A stretch of DNA of 63,106 bases, filler included, from Octopus bimaculoides (taxonomy: Eukaryota), in NCBI RefSeq assembly GCF_001194135.2. It is 5 parts of 4 records of this genome, joined end to end, with 100 filler letters (N's around TTAATTAATTAA, not from the genome) between each part and the next. Parts side by side here need not be neighbours in the genome. Positions count along the whole stretch, not along the records: positions 1 to 25,882 come from NC_068985.1; 4 more parts are not named here. One strand, given 5' to 3'. Made by a program: the position numbers and the translations under genes. This document shows, one piece after another, positions 13,188 through 25,589 of the stretch; positions within the stretch are counted from its first letter, which is position 1, and each line of letters begins with the position of its first letter. The notes beneath the pieces are model-generated. The model had not been told where the DNA came from. It saw only the letters and a program-made list of their open reading frames with translations, and made no database searches.

Positions 13188-13190
<3 letters not shown>
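12552..13190 (-). mobile_element. 5'-truncated R4/Dong-type RLE LINE, 3' end, embedded in (TACA)n
   Basis: KEYWWNVPIKTSIKCRHNRPD motif; 3' UTR matches 39400-39612; (GTAT)n on both flanks. Confidence 0.8.
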
Positions 13191-13218
<28 letters not shown>

Positions 13219-15593
13219 TATACTTACACATACATATATGTGTGTGTGTGTGTTTACAAAGATACATATGAAGATATGAGTAAGATCTAATATGTGTGTG
13301 TATGTGTGTATATATGCATGTGTGTATGCATGTGTGTGAGTATGCGTGTGTATATGTGTGTACAAGTGTGTGTGTGCATGTGTTTGCGTATGTGTGTGGG
13401 TGTGCGTGCACGTGAGTGTGTGAATCAAAGTGAGAAAGATTGATAGAGTGAGATCATAAAAAACAAAACTACAATAATACCAAAAAAAAAAGAAAGAAAA
13501 AAATTGATCAGACTGGCGAGTTTTTTTGTTTTTGTTTACGGTTATTTTGCATGAAGTACAAATATATACAATTTCTGTTAAAAAAATACTTTATATTCAC
13601 ACGAATTCTCGCATTCTCAACAATCACACACGACCATTTATTCAAATGCCGACGCATATCTTATTATCAGATTCATTCATAAGCATTCTAACCCAAACAC
13701 ACCGGCAATTATCCTTTCCACGTTTAAATACTCTTCCTCAACCAGCCCCACTACGCCTCAGCTTGGATCGTTATCGTCCAAATTTGCGCAGCTGTAGTTC
13801 TTGTCTTCAAGATGACCAACCCTAAGACCAGTTCGGTAACAGATGAGATGTCGAGTATTCTTATTATTCATATTTTTAACGTTGGAAACTCTTTCAAAAC
13901 CTTGTTTCATAATGAATTATTGCTTGGAATACACTTTTGAATTTGCTCGTGTAGAACAAATTGAACATTTAAGATGATTTTTAAAAGCTTGTTATTAATT
14001 ATTATTTTTTTTTTTTAATGTTTAAGCTAAGACATGCAAAACAATATAAATACAAACGATACAACGAAAAGAAAAGGAAGAGAGAATGTTAGAGAGAGGA
14101 ATAGAGAGAGAGAGAGGGAGGGACAAAGAGGGGGAGCAGAAATAGGAAGATAACGACAAGAGGTAGAGAGAAAGAGATAGATAAAGAGATAGAATTAGAT
14201 AGAGTGGTAGAGTTAGTTAGGTTGATAGATTGATAGGGGGAGAGAGAAAGAGAGAGAGAGAAAGAGAGAGAGAGAGAGGGGGTAAGGGTTGATAACAAAT
14301 GGGAGTAGTATCAGCAATTATATTGATATCCTTTCGTCACTGGTATTTAATTATTCTATCGATCTCGTGAGGATAAAAGCAAAACGCAAAGTTGAACTTA
14401 TGAAGATTTTTAACTTGGAAGAGTGAGGTATTCGTTAGAGAGATATAGAGTTAAATATGGTAAGTTCTAGCTGTGAATGGAATGGTCTCAGACTTCTTCC
14501 TCCTCATCTGAACACTTAGAGGAAATATTTCCAATATTTTTATGAGGTACATTGGCTTACAGTCGCGGGTTGATTTACTCGTGTGTACAAGTGTAGTTTC
14601 GTATTTGCTCAGACAAGGAAGAGAAAGAGAGAGAGNNNNNNNNNNNNNNNNNNNNNNNNNNNNNNNNNNNNNNNNNNNNNNNNNNNNNNNNNNNNNNNNN
14701 NNNNNNNNNNNNNNNNNNNNNNNNNNNNNNNNNNNNNNNNNNNNNNNNNNNNNNNNNNNNNNNNNNNNNNNNNNNNNNNNNNNNNNNNNNNNNNNNNNNN
14801 NNNNNNNNNNNNNNNNNNNNNNNNNNNNNNNNNNNNNNNNNNNNNNNNNNNNNNNNNNNNNNNNNNNNNNNNNNNNNNNNNNNNNNNNNNNNNNNNNNNN
14901 NNNNNNNNNNNNNNNNNNNNNNNNNNNNNNNNNNNNNNNNNNNNNNNNNNNNNNNNNNNNNNNNNNNNNNNNNNNNNNNNNNNNNNNNNNNNNNNNNNNN
15001 NNNNNNNNNNNNNNNNNNNNNNNNNNNNNNNNNNNNNNNNNNNNNNNNNNNNNNNNNNNNNNNNNNNNNNNNNNNNNNNNNNNNNNNNNNNNNNNNNNNN
15101 NNNNNNNNNNNNNNNNNNNNNNNNNNNNNNNNNNNNNNNNNNNNNNNNNNNNNNNNNNNNNNNNNNNNNNNNNNNNNNNNNNNNNNNNNNNNNNNNNNNN
15201 NNNNNNNNNNNNNNNNNNNNNNNNNNNNNNNNNNNNNNNNNNNNNNNNNNNNNNNNNNNNNNNNNNNNNNNNNNNNNNNNNNNNNNNNNNNNNNNNNNNN
15301 NNNNNNNNNNNNNNNNNNNNNNNNNNNNNNNNNNNNNNNNNNNNNNNNNNNNNNNNNNNNNNNNNNNNNNNNNNNNNNNNNNNNNNNNNNNNNNNNNNNN
15401 NNNNNNNNNNNNNNNNNNNNNNNNNNNNNNNNNNNNNNNNNNNNNNNNNNNNNNNNNNNNNNNNNNNNNNNNNNNNNNNNNNNNNNNNNNNNNNNNNNNN
15501 NNNNNNNNNNNNNNNNNNNNNNNNNNNNNNNNNNNNNNNNNNNNNNNNNNNNNNNNNNNNNNNNNNNNNNNNNNNNNNNNNNNNNNNNNNNNN

Positions 15594-15646
<53 letters not shown>

Positions 15647-16515
15647 CATACGTACATACATATATATTTACATGCATACATTCATACATACATGTACACA
15701 TACATACATGCATACATATACGCACACATATATACATACATATATATGTCTTCGTGACGTTTTTACATGACGTCATAAGAGCGAATGATATATTATTACT
15801 TTTTAATGTTATTCTCCACCAACTCCCTCCTCGGGAAACAGTTTAAGGATGGTTTGTTCATCGTCTCATAACCAATTTGTTTTTATATTCTGGCTCCGAA
15901 CGAAGATTTTGATCATTACAAAACTGTGGCATAAAAAAGAAAACCCACACACTAGTGTCAGTTATGGTTCACACTTTCCAAGTTCACCAATAAGTGAATC
16001 TGAACAGAATCCAGCATACAACACTTGAAAAAGAAAAGAAAGTCAAACACCCTTCAAGTTATGCAGGGGTGTCTGCTCCCGCTGCTTACACATGCGAGCT
16101 TCACTTGGTACTAGTTTATCGCGCCAGTGTTGATATAAATAATGGCTTCATTCCTTTATGCTTTTACTCTAATTTTCCTTCCTAGACCGTTGGTCTATCG
16201 GAAACACCATTCGTAACAGCATCGTTCTCTCCCACTATATTAATAACAATAATGATTATAATAATAATAATAATAATTATTATTATGATTACTATTTAAA
16301 AAAAAGTTTTTACTCTTGAGAGACTGTTGTGCCATTTGATATAGATATTTGTAGTTATGATTTTTTGAAAATATACAGTTATTTAGCAACCTTCTGTTTC
16401 ATTATTAAATGAACAGATATGAACCAGCGACCGTTCAGTCGTTAGATTAACTCCTGACTGATTCCATTGGCTGCAACTAATATCAACTCCAATTGTCTCT
16501 TATTTATTTTTCAGG

Positions 16516-16577
16516 TCTGAAAAGTGCTGAACAGCGACCAATTTATGGAAATTGGTGTGACAGATTATTATTATAAT
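16516..16577 (+). CDS. Possible terminal coding exon (LKSAEQRPIYGNWCDRLLL*)
   Basis: Good acceptor ttatttattttttcag in unique sequence. A 27-nt candidate upstream exon (16186-16212) keeps phase 1 but has a weak donor. No homology recognised. Confidence 0.2.
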
Positions 16578-16633
16578 CACGAATAGGAATATATACCATT
16601 AAAAAAAAAAAAAAATTAATCACCCCCCCCCAC

Positions 16634-16666
<33 letters not shown>

Positions 16667-17415
16667 NNNNNNNNNNNNNNNNNNNNNNNNNNNNNNNNNN
16701 NNNNNNNNNNNNNNNNNNNNNNNNNNNNNNNNNNNNNNNNNNNNNNNNNNNNNNNNNNNNNNNNNNNNNNNNNNNNNNNNNNNNNNNNNNNNNNNNNNNN
16801 NNNNNNNNNNNNNNNNNNNNNNNNNNNNNNNNNNNNNNNNNNNNNNNNNNNNNNNNNNNNNNNNNNNNNNNNNNNNNNNNNNNNNNNNNNNNNNNNNNNN
16901 NNNNNNNNNNNNNNNNNNNNNNNNNNNNNNNNNNTATCAAAAGAATAAGGTTAATTTTAAAATACAGTAACACTAACAACAAACAGTAACGATTGCTAAT
17001 TTGGGTACGAGGTCAAAAAATTTAGGGCGATAGGTTAGGTAGATATGTATACAGTTGGTATAATCAGTCTATGATTATAGATTTTTAACTTGGACATATT
17101 TTGTCGATTCCGAAAAAAAAAAAAAATGAAAGATGAACGGCTAAGTCGGCCTCAGGGAGATTTGAAAATAAAACATACAGACCTAGGGCATTTGTCAGCC
17201 GCTCAGTAATGATATATTTTAATAATTATATATTTTATTTGATATTTTTCAAAACATTAATTCAGAAGGAATGTCAATTTAAATTGGAAGGAATAAAAAG
17301 ATGGAAACAAAACGTTCTTTCAGAGGTGTGTCTATTTTGTTGGAATTTGAAGTCATTTAATATTTAAAGCAAAGGTATTAGCACGTTATTAATATTTTAT
17401 GAAAGACTATGACAG

Positions 17416-17416
17416 C

Positions 17417-17484
<68 letters not shown>

Positions 17485-17515
17485 GTGTGTGTGTGTGTGT
17501 GTAGANNNNNNNNNN

Positions 17516-17577
<62 letters not shown>

Positions 17578-17640
17578 GCTATCTATCTATCTATCTTTCT
17601 GTCTATCTGTTAGCTTGCCTGTCTGTCTGTTTTGTCTGCA
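17416..17640. repeat. (ATCT)n/(GT)n/(CTGT)n microsatellite cluster
   Basis: Direct reading. Confidence 0.95.
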
Positions 17641-18387
17641 TCTATATACATACATGTGTATATAAGGAAACATACTCGTATCNNNNNNNNNNNNNNNNNN
17701 NNNNNNNNNNNNNNNNNNNNNNNNNNNNNNNNNNNNNNNNNNNNNNNNNNNNNNNNNNNNNNNNNNNNNNNNNNNNNNNNNNAATAATAATAAGACGAAC
17801 GTTACGAAAACGTTGGTTGTTGACAACCATGTATGTGAAAGTATTGAATTTTTTTATATTTCTCTTGGTAGATGATTTTTTTTTTTTTTAGCCCCTTTTT
17901 GGGGGTGAAATAAAAAAATAAGTTATGGTTATATTTTTTATGGGTATATGTATGTATGTTTGGTTATTTATCTTGTTTTGTTTGTTTGTTTTTTTAGCGA
18001 TGATGATGATGATGTTTACAGTGACCAGAACATCAGTTTCTCTATTGTAAATAAATGTTATTCAAGACTAAAATGGATTTTTTTGTTGTTTCTTTTTTTC
18101 AATCATTTTACTTGTTATTGTTGTTGCTTGTGTTGGTGGTGGTGGTGTTTATGTTGCTGTTATTTTTTAAGGTCCAGATCGAAACCGTGGCCAACCATCC
18201 TGTCTTTTATTTAATCATACTATGTCTATCTGGGTTTCACATCATCCAAGCTCTTTCGCTCTGAAGACAAGAAATAACTGATTTCAAGGAAGGTTCGGTT
18301 GCTACTTCTAGCAGATCCAGCGACCAGATAGACGCCCCCTGATCGACTTGCTTTTGTTTCTTATTGTTATTATCGTTATTTAAATTA

Positions 18388-18598
18388 AGGCAGCGAGCTG
18401 GCAGAATCGTTAGAACGCTGGACGAAATGTTTAGCGGTATTTCGTCTGTCGCTACGTTCTGAGTTCAAATTCCACCAGGTCGACTTTGCCTTTCATTCTT
18501 TCGGAGTTGATGAATCAAGTACTAGTCAAGTGCTGTGGTCGATGTAATTGTCTATCCCCTCTCCACAAATTCCAGGCCTTGTGTCTATAGCAGAAAAG
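18388..18598 (+). mobile_element. Family A SINE (duplicate of 3899-4090)
   Basis: ggcagcgagctggcagaatcgttag head, B box gagttcaaattcc, shared flanks with the 3899 copy. Confidence 0.9.
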
Positions 18599-18819
18599 AT
18601 TATTGTTATTTAACTTCAGGTCAGCCCTGAGCGATAGGAGCTGTAACAAAAAGTACTCCAGTTTTGACCATCCCATCGTTTTTTATGTGTCTGAAACATG
18701 ACCACATAGTTCAATAAGTCCTTTCCCACAGGGAGTCGACACACTTATTTTGAATACTTGAGATGTGTTTATAAATACTTAATGACAAACACTTTTGGAG
18801 TGAAACAATGTAGACAGGT

Positions 18820-19260
18820 GCACAAAATTTCTGTTGTGATTGCACTCCCTGAGTGCGTATGTAAATTGAAGTAGTATTTTATGAAAATTTAATAAAAATC
18901 ATGCGACGCTATTTCTACTCAGATTCAGTAGTCCACACACTCACCTTCCTTTTCGATCACGTGCACTATTCGTTCGTTGTACCAGACGAACATGTTCATT
19001 ATAACAATTCTTTTTGTTTCAATCAGTCTTCTTGTGATTCCTAAAATCCGTTTCCATAACTCTACCTCTCTTGTCACTTCTGGTCCATCATATACAAACT
19101 GTGTCAGCATTTTCCATATATTTTCAATCAAGTTCAGATCTGAACTTCGCACTAGCCATACCAGTAGATTTATTTTCGTGTCTTGCATCCATCCCTTGAC
19201 TGCTTTTGACACGTGAATGCAACAGTTATACTTGCTGATAGAGGGTAAAATTATCTTCTA
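18820..19260 (-). mobile_element. Tc1/mariner transposase remnant (duplicate of 3259-3700)
   Basis: ORF 18925-19212 contains WLVRSSDLNLIENIWKML and ends VIEKEGECVDY*. Confidence 0.75.
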
Positions 19261-19319
19261 TTTCTTCTCTGTTGCGAGGTAAGGCTCTCATTTGCAACAG
19301 CTAGATCTTATTTGCAACA

Positions 19320-19834
19320 GCATGAGAACAACAAGGATCACGGTTGAAGGAATCTCACCGAAGTTTGATGTGACCTAGGTGGCAGATGCGGTCTTTTTTG
19401 GTAATGAGGACAACATAGTGGTGCTCCAGGTCAAGAAAAAAGAGTGCGTCAACTGGAGAGGTCAATCACTGAATATGATAGCCCAGGGTCCAAAAGAAAC
19501 GCTGGAAAAGATCACGGAAACAATAATTATGGAAGAAAAAATAATGACTGCCAGGGTGGAAGGAAGAGTTCCACGCTGCTTTAAATGTGGCCTGAAGGGA
19601 CACATAAGAGCAGAATGTACATCAAAGCCAAGAAAACCAGAGGAAAAGCGACCAGAGAATACGGGAGAGAAGATAGAAGAGAGCCGCAGAAAGGAAGTAA
19701 CCGAAAAGGAAAAGGAAGTAACGGAAATAGCGAAAAATAAATGGGAAAATGTGACAGGAAGAAAAAGAAAAAAGGTAAGTGAACTAAACTGTAGACCACC
19801 ATTCCACACCCATCCCACCCACACCCTCTCAGAC
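19320..19834 (+). mobile_element. L1/Tx1-type ORF1 fragment with CCHC zinc knuckle
   Basis: VEGRVPRCFKCGLKGHIRAEC (CX2CX4HX4C) followed by a K/E-rich linker. Confidence 0.8.
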
Positions 19835-20334
19835 NNNNNNNNNNNNNNNNNNNNNNNNNNNNNNNNNNNNNNNNNNNNNNNNNNNNNNNNNNNNNNNNNN
19901 NNNNNNNNNNNNNNNNNNNNNNNNNNNNNNNNNNNNNNNNNNNNNNNNNNNNNNNNNNNNNNNNNNNNNNNNNNNNNNNNNNNNNNNNNNNNNNNNNNNN
20001 NNNNNNNNNNNNNNNNNNNNNNNNNNNNNNNNNNNNNNNNNNNNNNNNNNNNNNNNNNNNNNNNNNNNNNNNNNNNNNNNNNNNNNNNNNNNNNNNNNNN
20101 NNNNNNNNNNNNNNNNNNNNNNNNNNNNNNNNNNNNNNNNNNNNNNNNNNNNNNNNNNNNNNNNNNNNNNNNNNNNNNNNNNNNNNNNNNNNNNNNNNNN
20201 NNNNNNNNNNNNNNNNNNNNNNNNNNNNNNNNNNNNNNNNNNNNNNNNNNNNNNNNNNNNNNNNTTATATGTTTTATGTCCCACATGTTTTGTTTTGTCC
20301 CCTCTATGTGTCCCGGTATGGGAAATAAAAAAAA

Positions 20335-20497
20335 AAACGGATCCCAAAATCTAATCAGTTCGTGCCAATCACAAGACCAAACATTCCTGAAAGTTTCATC
20401 CGAATCCAACCAGCGGTTCTTGAGATGTCTTGTCCACGGACAAACAAACATACACGACTGAAAACAATACCTCTGCCTTCGCTAGGGCAGAGATAAT
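20335..20497 (-). mobile_element. Helentron-associated-like non-autonomous element
   Basis: Longer copy of 742-823, continuing ...ggattcggatgaaactttcaggaatgtttgg...gattagattttgggatc on the minus strand. Confidence 0.45.
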
Positions 20498-21054
20498 AAT
20501 TCATGTTTAAATATGCAAAAAAGTGCTCGTAGTAATGTAAAGACTAAAACGATTTAAAGTTCACAAAAACGTGCTTAGCCACTCTAAGTAGCTCTACGAA
20601 ATAAACTTTCTAATAGAAATACAATTTCTCAGGTGTTTGAAAAACTTTGTGGCCCCTGTAATTCCTAACGCGATAGTCACGAGCCAATTTTGCCATTCAG
20701 ACTCCCATGATTGTTATAAAGCATCTGCGATCTACCGAGGATATATTCATCTGAATTACACATTTACTCGGTAAGTATGTAGCTTAGTGTTAAAGTGAAG
20801 AATATTTCGTATGTAATGCTGTCGTAATTTTAAACCTTTTCATTACTATAACCAGGCGATGGCGACGAACAGACAGAAGCGTTAGCGTGTCAGATGGAAT
20901 GCTTAACGGCATTTCTCCAGCTCTTTTCGTTCTGAGTTCAAAACCCAGCCGGGGTCAACTTTGCATTTCATACTTTTTTGAGATCGATAAAATAAGTACC
21001 GATCGAGCACCTTATACCTATAAGTAGCTAGAATCATTATAAATAAGAGAAAAA

Positions 21055-21210
21055 TCAGCGTGCTGGCAGATTCGTCAACACGCCAAGGTGGCGAACAGAC
21101 AAAATCGTCAACGCGCCGAGCAAAATTCTTAGCGGCATTTCGTCCGTCTTTATGTTCTGAGTTCAAATGCCACCGAGGTCGACTTTGCCCTTCATCCTTC
21201 GGGGTCGAAC
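21055..21210 (+). mobile_element. Family A SINE with duplicated head (duplicate of 1-190)
   Basis: Two head units, then gagttcaaatgccaccgaggtcgactttgccc. Confidence 0.85.
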
Positions 21211-21807
21211 GTATTTAGGATAGCGGGCAAGTTGAGATGTTCTCAACCTGAATATTGTATACAAGGTGACGAAAACTTCGTTATTGTAAACAGTGATAGC
21301 ACTCTACATAATCGACGAAAGTTTGATGGGGTGCAGTGCTGTGTTTAACAACCTTTCTTTAGTCCGAATCACAGAAAGCATTGGAACAAAAAAAAAAAAA
21401 AAGGAAAATTGTCCCTGTACTTAACATCACAGTTGCAGTTTAGCAGTCGTCTCAGTTCGAATGGGCCTTGATTCTAATGACGAACTACACGCTGGAGTGC
21501 GATTCTCAATTCTAAGTTAAATTCTTCTTCCATTAAGTGAATATTTTTACTCAACAAGCAGATATCTCACGACTACTCAGATTTGAAAATAAAAATAAAA
21601 ATTTTCAGATGTAAGGGAGACAACTCTCGATAATCATCATGTTCTAGCTCAGCGCTCCGTAACCTTTTNNNNNNNNNNNNNNNNNNNNNNNNNNNNNNNN
21701 NNNNNNNNNNNNNNNNNNNNNNNNNNNNNNNNNNNNNNNNNNNNNNNNNNNNNNNNNNNNNNNNNNNNNNNNNNNNNNNNNNNNNNNNNNNNNNNNNNNN
21801 NNNNNNN

Positions 21808-22190
21808 AAGTCAGCTGCCAGGTTGCAATAGTCCGCCCTATCTGATGGTTTGAGCGACTCAGTAGTGACCAGCGCCCCGCCAGAACTATTCACGACTTGC
21901 TTTACGATATATCATATGAGATGGAGGTTGCCGCATATAGATCGGTTGGGGATTGCACAGATTTGAGCATCATTGGTTATACCACATACAAGTGCCAGTC
22001 ACTTGGCGAACACCTTTGCCAATATCTTTAACAGTATGTTGAGGAATGTTATGGGTCTGAAGTTTTCTATCAAGTCTTATTTGTTCGAGTCAGAGTCACC
22101 ACTCTTCATCTCACTCCACTAAGAATTCTCCCAGTCTACTACCAGCTGTAATAGACGGCTATTATGAAAGGAGAATAAGTCTGTCATGCA
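21808..22190 (-). mobile_element. L1/Tx1-type reverse transcriptase fragment (N-terminal RT domains)
   Basis: ENFRPITFLNILLKILAKVFAK*LAL...AQICAIPNRSICGNLHLI matches NxRPIxLLNxxxKILAK...Q..RSIxDNxxL. Confidence 0.8.
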
Positions 22191-22214
22191 TCGGACAAAG
22201 TACTGAGCGTCATT

Positions 22215-22369
22215 TCTTCCGGCTTCACTTTCTAAGCCCAGATTCTACCGAGGTTGACTTTGCCTTTCATCCTTTCAAGGTCGCTAAAATAAGTACAGGT
22301 TGAGCTCAGGGGTCGATATAATCAACAATCTCCCTGCTCCCAAATTTCAGGCTTTGTGCCAATAGAAGA

Positions 22370-22370
<1 letters not shown>
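22215..22370 (+). mobile_element. Family A SINE 3' part with (AAT)n tail
   Basis: gaggttgactttgcctttcatcctttc core, then tgtgccaatagaagaa(taa)n. Confidence 0.75.
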
Positions 22371-22456
<86 letters not shown>

Positions 22457-22482
22457 CATCATTATTATTATTATTATTATTC

Positions 22483-22980
22483 AGTTATCTTATTTTTATA
22501 ACGTGCTTTCACTGAACTACCGAGCGCAGCTCTGTGTGCCTTTGGTATGTGCTGTGGTTTGTTGTGATGCTTTTATTGTTACTGATCTATATGCGGCAAC
22601 CTCCATCTGATACGATATATCGTTAAGCAAGTCGTGAATAGTTCTGGCGGGGCGCTGGTCAATACTGAGTCGCTCAAGCCATCAGATATCACGGACTATT
22701 GCAACCTGGCAGCTGTCTTAAGAGTAGGATGTGTGCATAATGCCTAGTAGTGCTATTTTCTGTACGTTATATATACTTGTTAGTCCTGGTGTTTCTGTTA
22801 TGTATTTGTCTGAATATTTATTTATCATACCTAATGCGCCTATTATGATAAGAATTGATTCTCTTTTTAGATTCCGCATTCAAGTTACCTCTATTTCCAG
22901 GACTTTGTGTTTTGAAAGTTTCTCCATTTGTTTTAGAGAAACGTTGCCATCTGTTGGTATTGATACATCGATTAAAAAGC

Positions 22981-22982
<2 letters not shown>
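22483..22982 (-). mobile_element. 5'-truncated R4/Dong-type LINE 3' end between (TTA)n tracts, carrying a 130-bp foreign insert
   Basis: Homologous to 34097-34399. Minus strand encodes LIDVSIPTDGNVSLKQMEKLSKHKVLEIEVT*MRNLK...IGALG. Confidence 0.8.
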
Positions 22983-23036
<54 letters not shown>

Positions 23037-23062
23037 GTAGTAGTAGTAGTAGTAGTATTTCT

Positions 23063-23270
23063 TTAATTTACCATAGCAGTGTCAGATGAGAGGGACATTA
23101 CAAAGCGGGTTACAATGCGTATTGGTGTTAAACATAAAATTGATTGCGGGAAGAAAATGTCATAGTGATGAGGAGAAATGAGACGAAAAGCATATACAGG
23201 ATTCAAAGTATTTGAATGCATGGATGAAGCAGTCCTCCTGATATAGGAGAGTCTCCATTTAAAGTCAATC
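23063..23270 (+). mobile_element. Possible very decayed Tc1 transposase core fragment
   Basis: agtgatgaggagaaa resembles FSDEKKF and ggattcaaagtat resembles DGFKYYW; heavily disrupted. Confidence 0.25.
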
Positions 23271-23379
23271 AAGCATTCCTATTGATCACCCTAACCAACA
23301 AGAGTACAACCCCTCGCTTATTTGTTGTTCTCTAAACTACAGACACACGCTTAAAGTAGATCCATCCACTCCAAACTAA

Positions 23380-24901
23380 AGGCACACGCTTAACGTAGAT
23401 CCATTCACTCTAATCATTTTCCCAACAGCCACCCACCTTTTGATAAATTCACTAAATGGAAGCATCTCTCCCTCTATGCTCACTTACTTTTCAAGTGAAA
23501 CTTGAAAAAGTCGATGAGAACTTGACTAAAGAGGTGGGTATCAGTCGTCAATCCTTTCAGCCTCGACCACTAACAACTTCTCTTCTTTTGGCTAGCAGAC
23601 GAGGTTAAGCAGCTCGTTCAAACTTATTAAAGGAGTGCGGTGGGGTAATCTTCATGATGGACTCAGCTGATAGCTGAGTCTATTTTACATGCAGTAACAA
23701 CTGATTGATATAACTTTAAGTCAGCAAGGCTCGAACACTGCACAAATGTATGCAGTACAGTTTCATCACTCTATGCATATTTTGGAAAATCTTGGCAAGT
23801 GGTACTTTCGTTCTATGGAGTTTATGTTGAACAAGTAGTGCTCCGCAGTAGCACTGTCAGGCCAAAGATTTGTGGAAGTTATCCACTGTAGATTCTGATT
23901 AAAAAAGTTCTCTAGATCAGACCACCCAGTCTAAAATTTCCTTGGGGATGTCAGCACTTTTACCCACCACTAATTCTGAGGAATTTCAACCATGTTTCGT
24001 GGTCTGCTACCACAACAGCTCCTTTATAGGATCCAGTTAGCTGAAGACATCATCAGGAGGAACCACGTCCGGTTTCGGCCCCTACTCCTCTACCGTTTTG
24101 ACGTGGCGGGGCCACCCCCTTTCGGAGGTGTCTTCAGCTCTGGTGTTGGGTGCATGTCTTTTTTCACTGTTTGTGACTGTTCTGATTCAACTGTGGAATG
24201 TCCCTCGCTATGGTTATTTTCCAGGAGGTTCTGGCCACACGTCTTACGTTAAAGGAACACTTTCATCGATCGCATTAACCATCTGGTAGAAAGTGGTGAG
24301 CGCCTGGCGGCATCCAAGTTGCCAGGTCCTAAAATTTGGTCTTTACTTGATTCACAAATGCTGATCTGTGAAAGGAACAGGTTGCAGAAAAACGTGTCTA
24401 ACAATCAGAAGCCACATCTGCTCACTGTCCAGGAATGTTTACTAATGACGCAGCTTTGATGTGTCTGTGCATCGGCAACCACGAAATGCTAAGTCTGCCT
24501 TTTAGAGAGCGCAGGTAATAGACGGACTGCCTAACCAGTTTAACTGGTCCATCTGTCCAGCGAACCACGACGCTATGCAGCATCTTAGACTTGCCTCTCC
24601 AGGTACCAAGCTGCAAGCCCACCGATTTTTCCGGGTTTATTTTTGCCCCTACCATTGCCTCATACCTCTTTAGAATGGTGCTGACCACCTCGACTTCTGC
24701 GGTGCACACCATTACAGAAATGTTATTCGCGTACGCTGACGCAGATCTCCCACATCCCACCTCAAGGGAGATACCTCTCAATAGTTCTTGTTTCTGCAGC
24801 AACAGATCGAGAGACAGCGCGTATAGAAAGGACGAAAAGAGACAATCTTGACAGCTGGGGCGCATGATATGAAACGGTTCCAAGCAAGTGCCACTATGCA
24901 T
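23380..24901 (-). mobile_element. Rearranged L1/Tx1-type ORF2 remnants (RT C-terminal half and Cys/His-rich C-terminus)
   Basis: SASAYANNISVMV...YEAMVGAKINPEKSVGLQLGTWRGK (YADD-box region and GAKINxEKS); downstream DETVLHTFVQC and FFKFHLK...RWV motifs. Confidence 0.75.
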
Positions 24902-25125
24902 TCCTACAATTCAGTCTCTGAAAACGGTTCCGAAACCGGCCGTTTTTAAGAAGCTGAAAAGTAGCGATGGTCGAAACGTTTCGATCGTTCCTAATTAATC
25001 AAGACCTCACCAATGCCAGATTTGTTTCCTATCTCCTTTGTAAGATACAGATTGTTGAGGATAAATCTCTTGGGAATCACATATGCTAGAATTTTCAATA
25101 ATAACAATAATTATAATTCTTTCTG

Positions 25126-25300
25126 CTATAGGCACGAAGTCTGAAATTTTGTTGGGTGGGGACTAGTATATTGCATCGACCTCAGTGCACAACTGTATTT
25201 ATTTCTTCAACCTTGAAAGGATAAAAGGTAAAGTCGACCTCGGCAGCAACTAAGCTCAGAATGTACAGACGGACGAAATACCACTGAGTATTCTGCCAGT
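25126..25300 (-). mobile_element. Diverged family A SINE
   Basis: aaaggataaaaggtaaagtcgacctcggcag core. Confidence 0.7.
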
Positions 25301-25447
25301 TTGCAGTTTTAAAAGCAATGGTTTCAAATTTTGGTACAAGACCAGCAATTTGGGGGCAGAGGACGAGTCGATTACATCAACTCCAGTGCTCAGCAGTATG
25401 TATGTATGCATGTATGTATGTATGTATGTATGTATGTATGTATGTAT

Positions 25448-25589
25448 GAAGGCGCATGGCTCAATTGTTAGAGCGTCGAGCTTACGATCGTGAGGTTGTG
25501 AGTTCGAATCCCGGACCGGGCTGCGTGTTTTTGAGCAAAACACTTTATTTCACGTTGCTCCAGTTCACTCATCTGTAGAAATGAGTTGC
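25448..25589 (+). mobile_element. Family C SINE 5' part inside a (GTAT)n tract
   Basis: A box tggctcaattg, B box gagttcgaatcc; (GTAT)n at 25397-25447 and 25600-25660. Confidence 0.85.

Noticed and set aside
13758-13910. 50-aa minus ORF MKQGFERV...DDNDPS
   Set aside because: No splice or promoter support and no recognisable motif.
19379-19834. Host zinc-knuckle protein gene
   Set aside because: Its duplicate is frameshifted and the context matches LINE ORF1.
24905-24990. Second hammerhead-like motif (ctgaaaacggttccgaaaccggcc; ctgaaaag...cgaaacg)
   Set aside because: The core reads CUGAAAA rather than CUGANGA and stem II does not close. At most a dead remnant.
25448-25530. tRNA gene
   Set aside because: A and B boxes are present, but the sequence continues into the SINE body with no poly-T terminator. 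The same applies to the other SINE heads.
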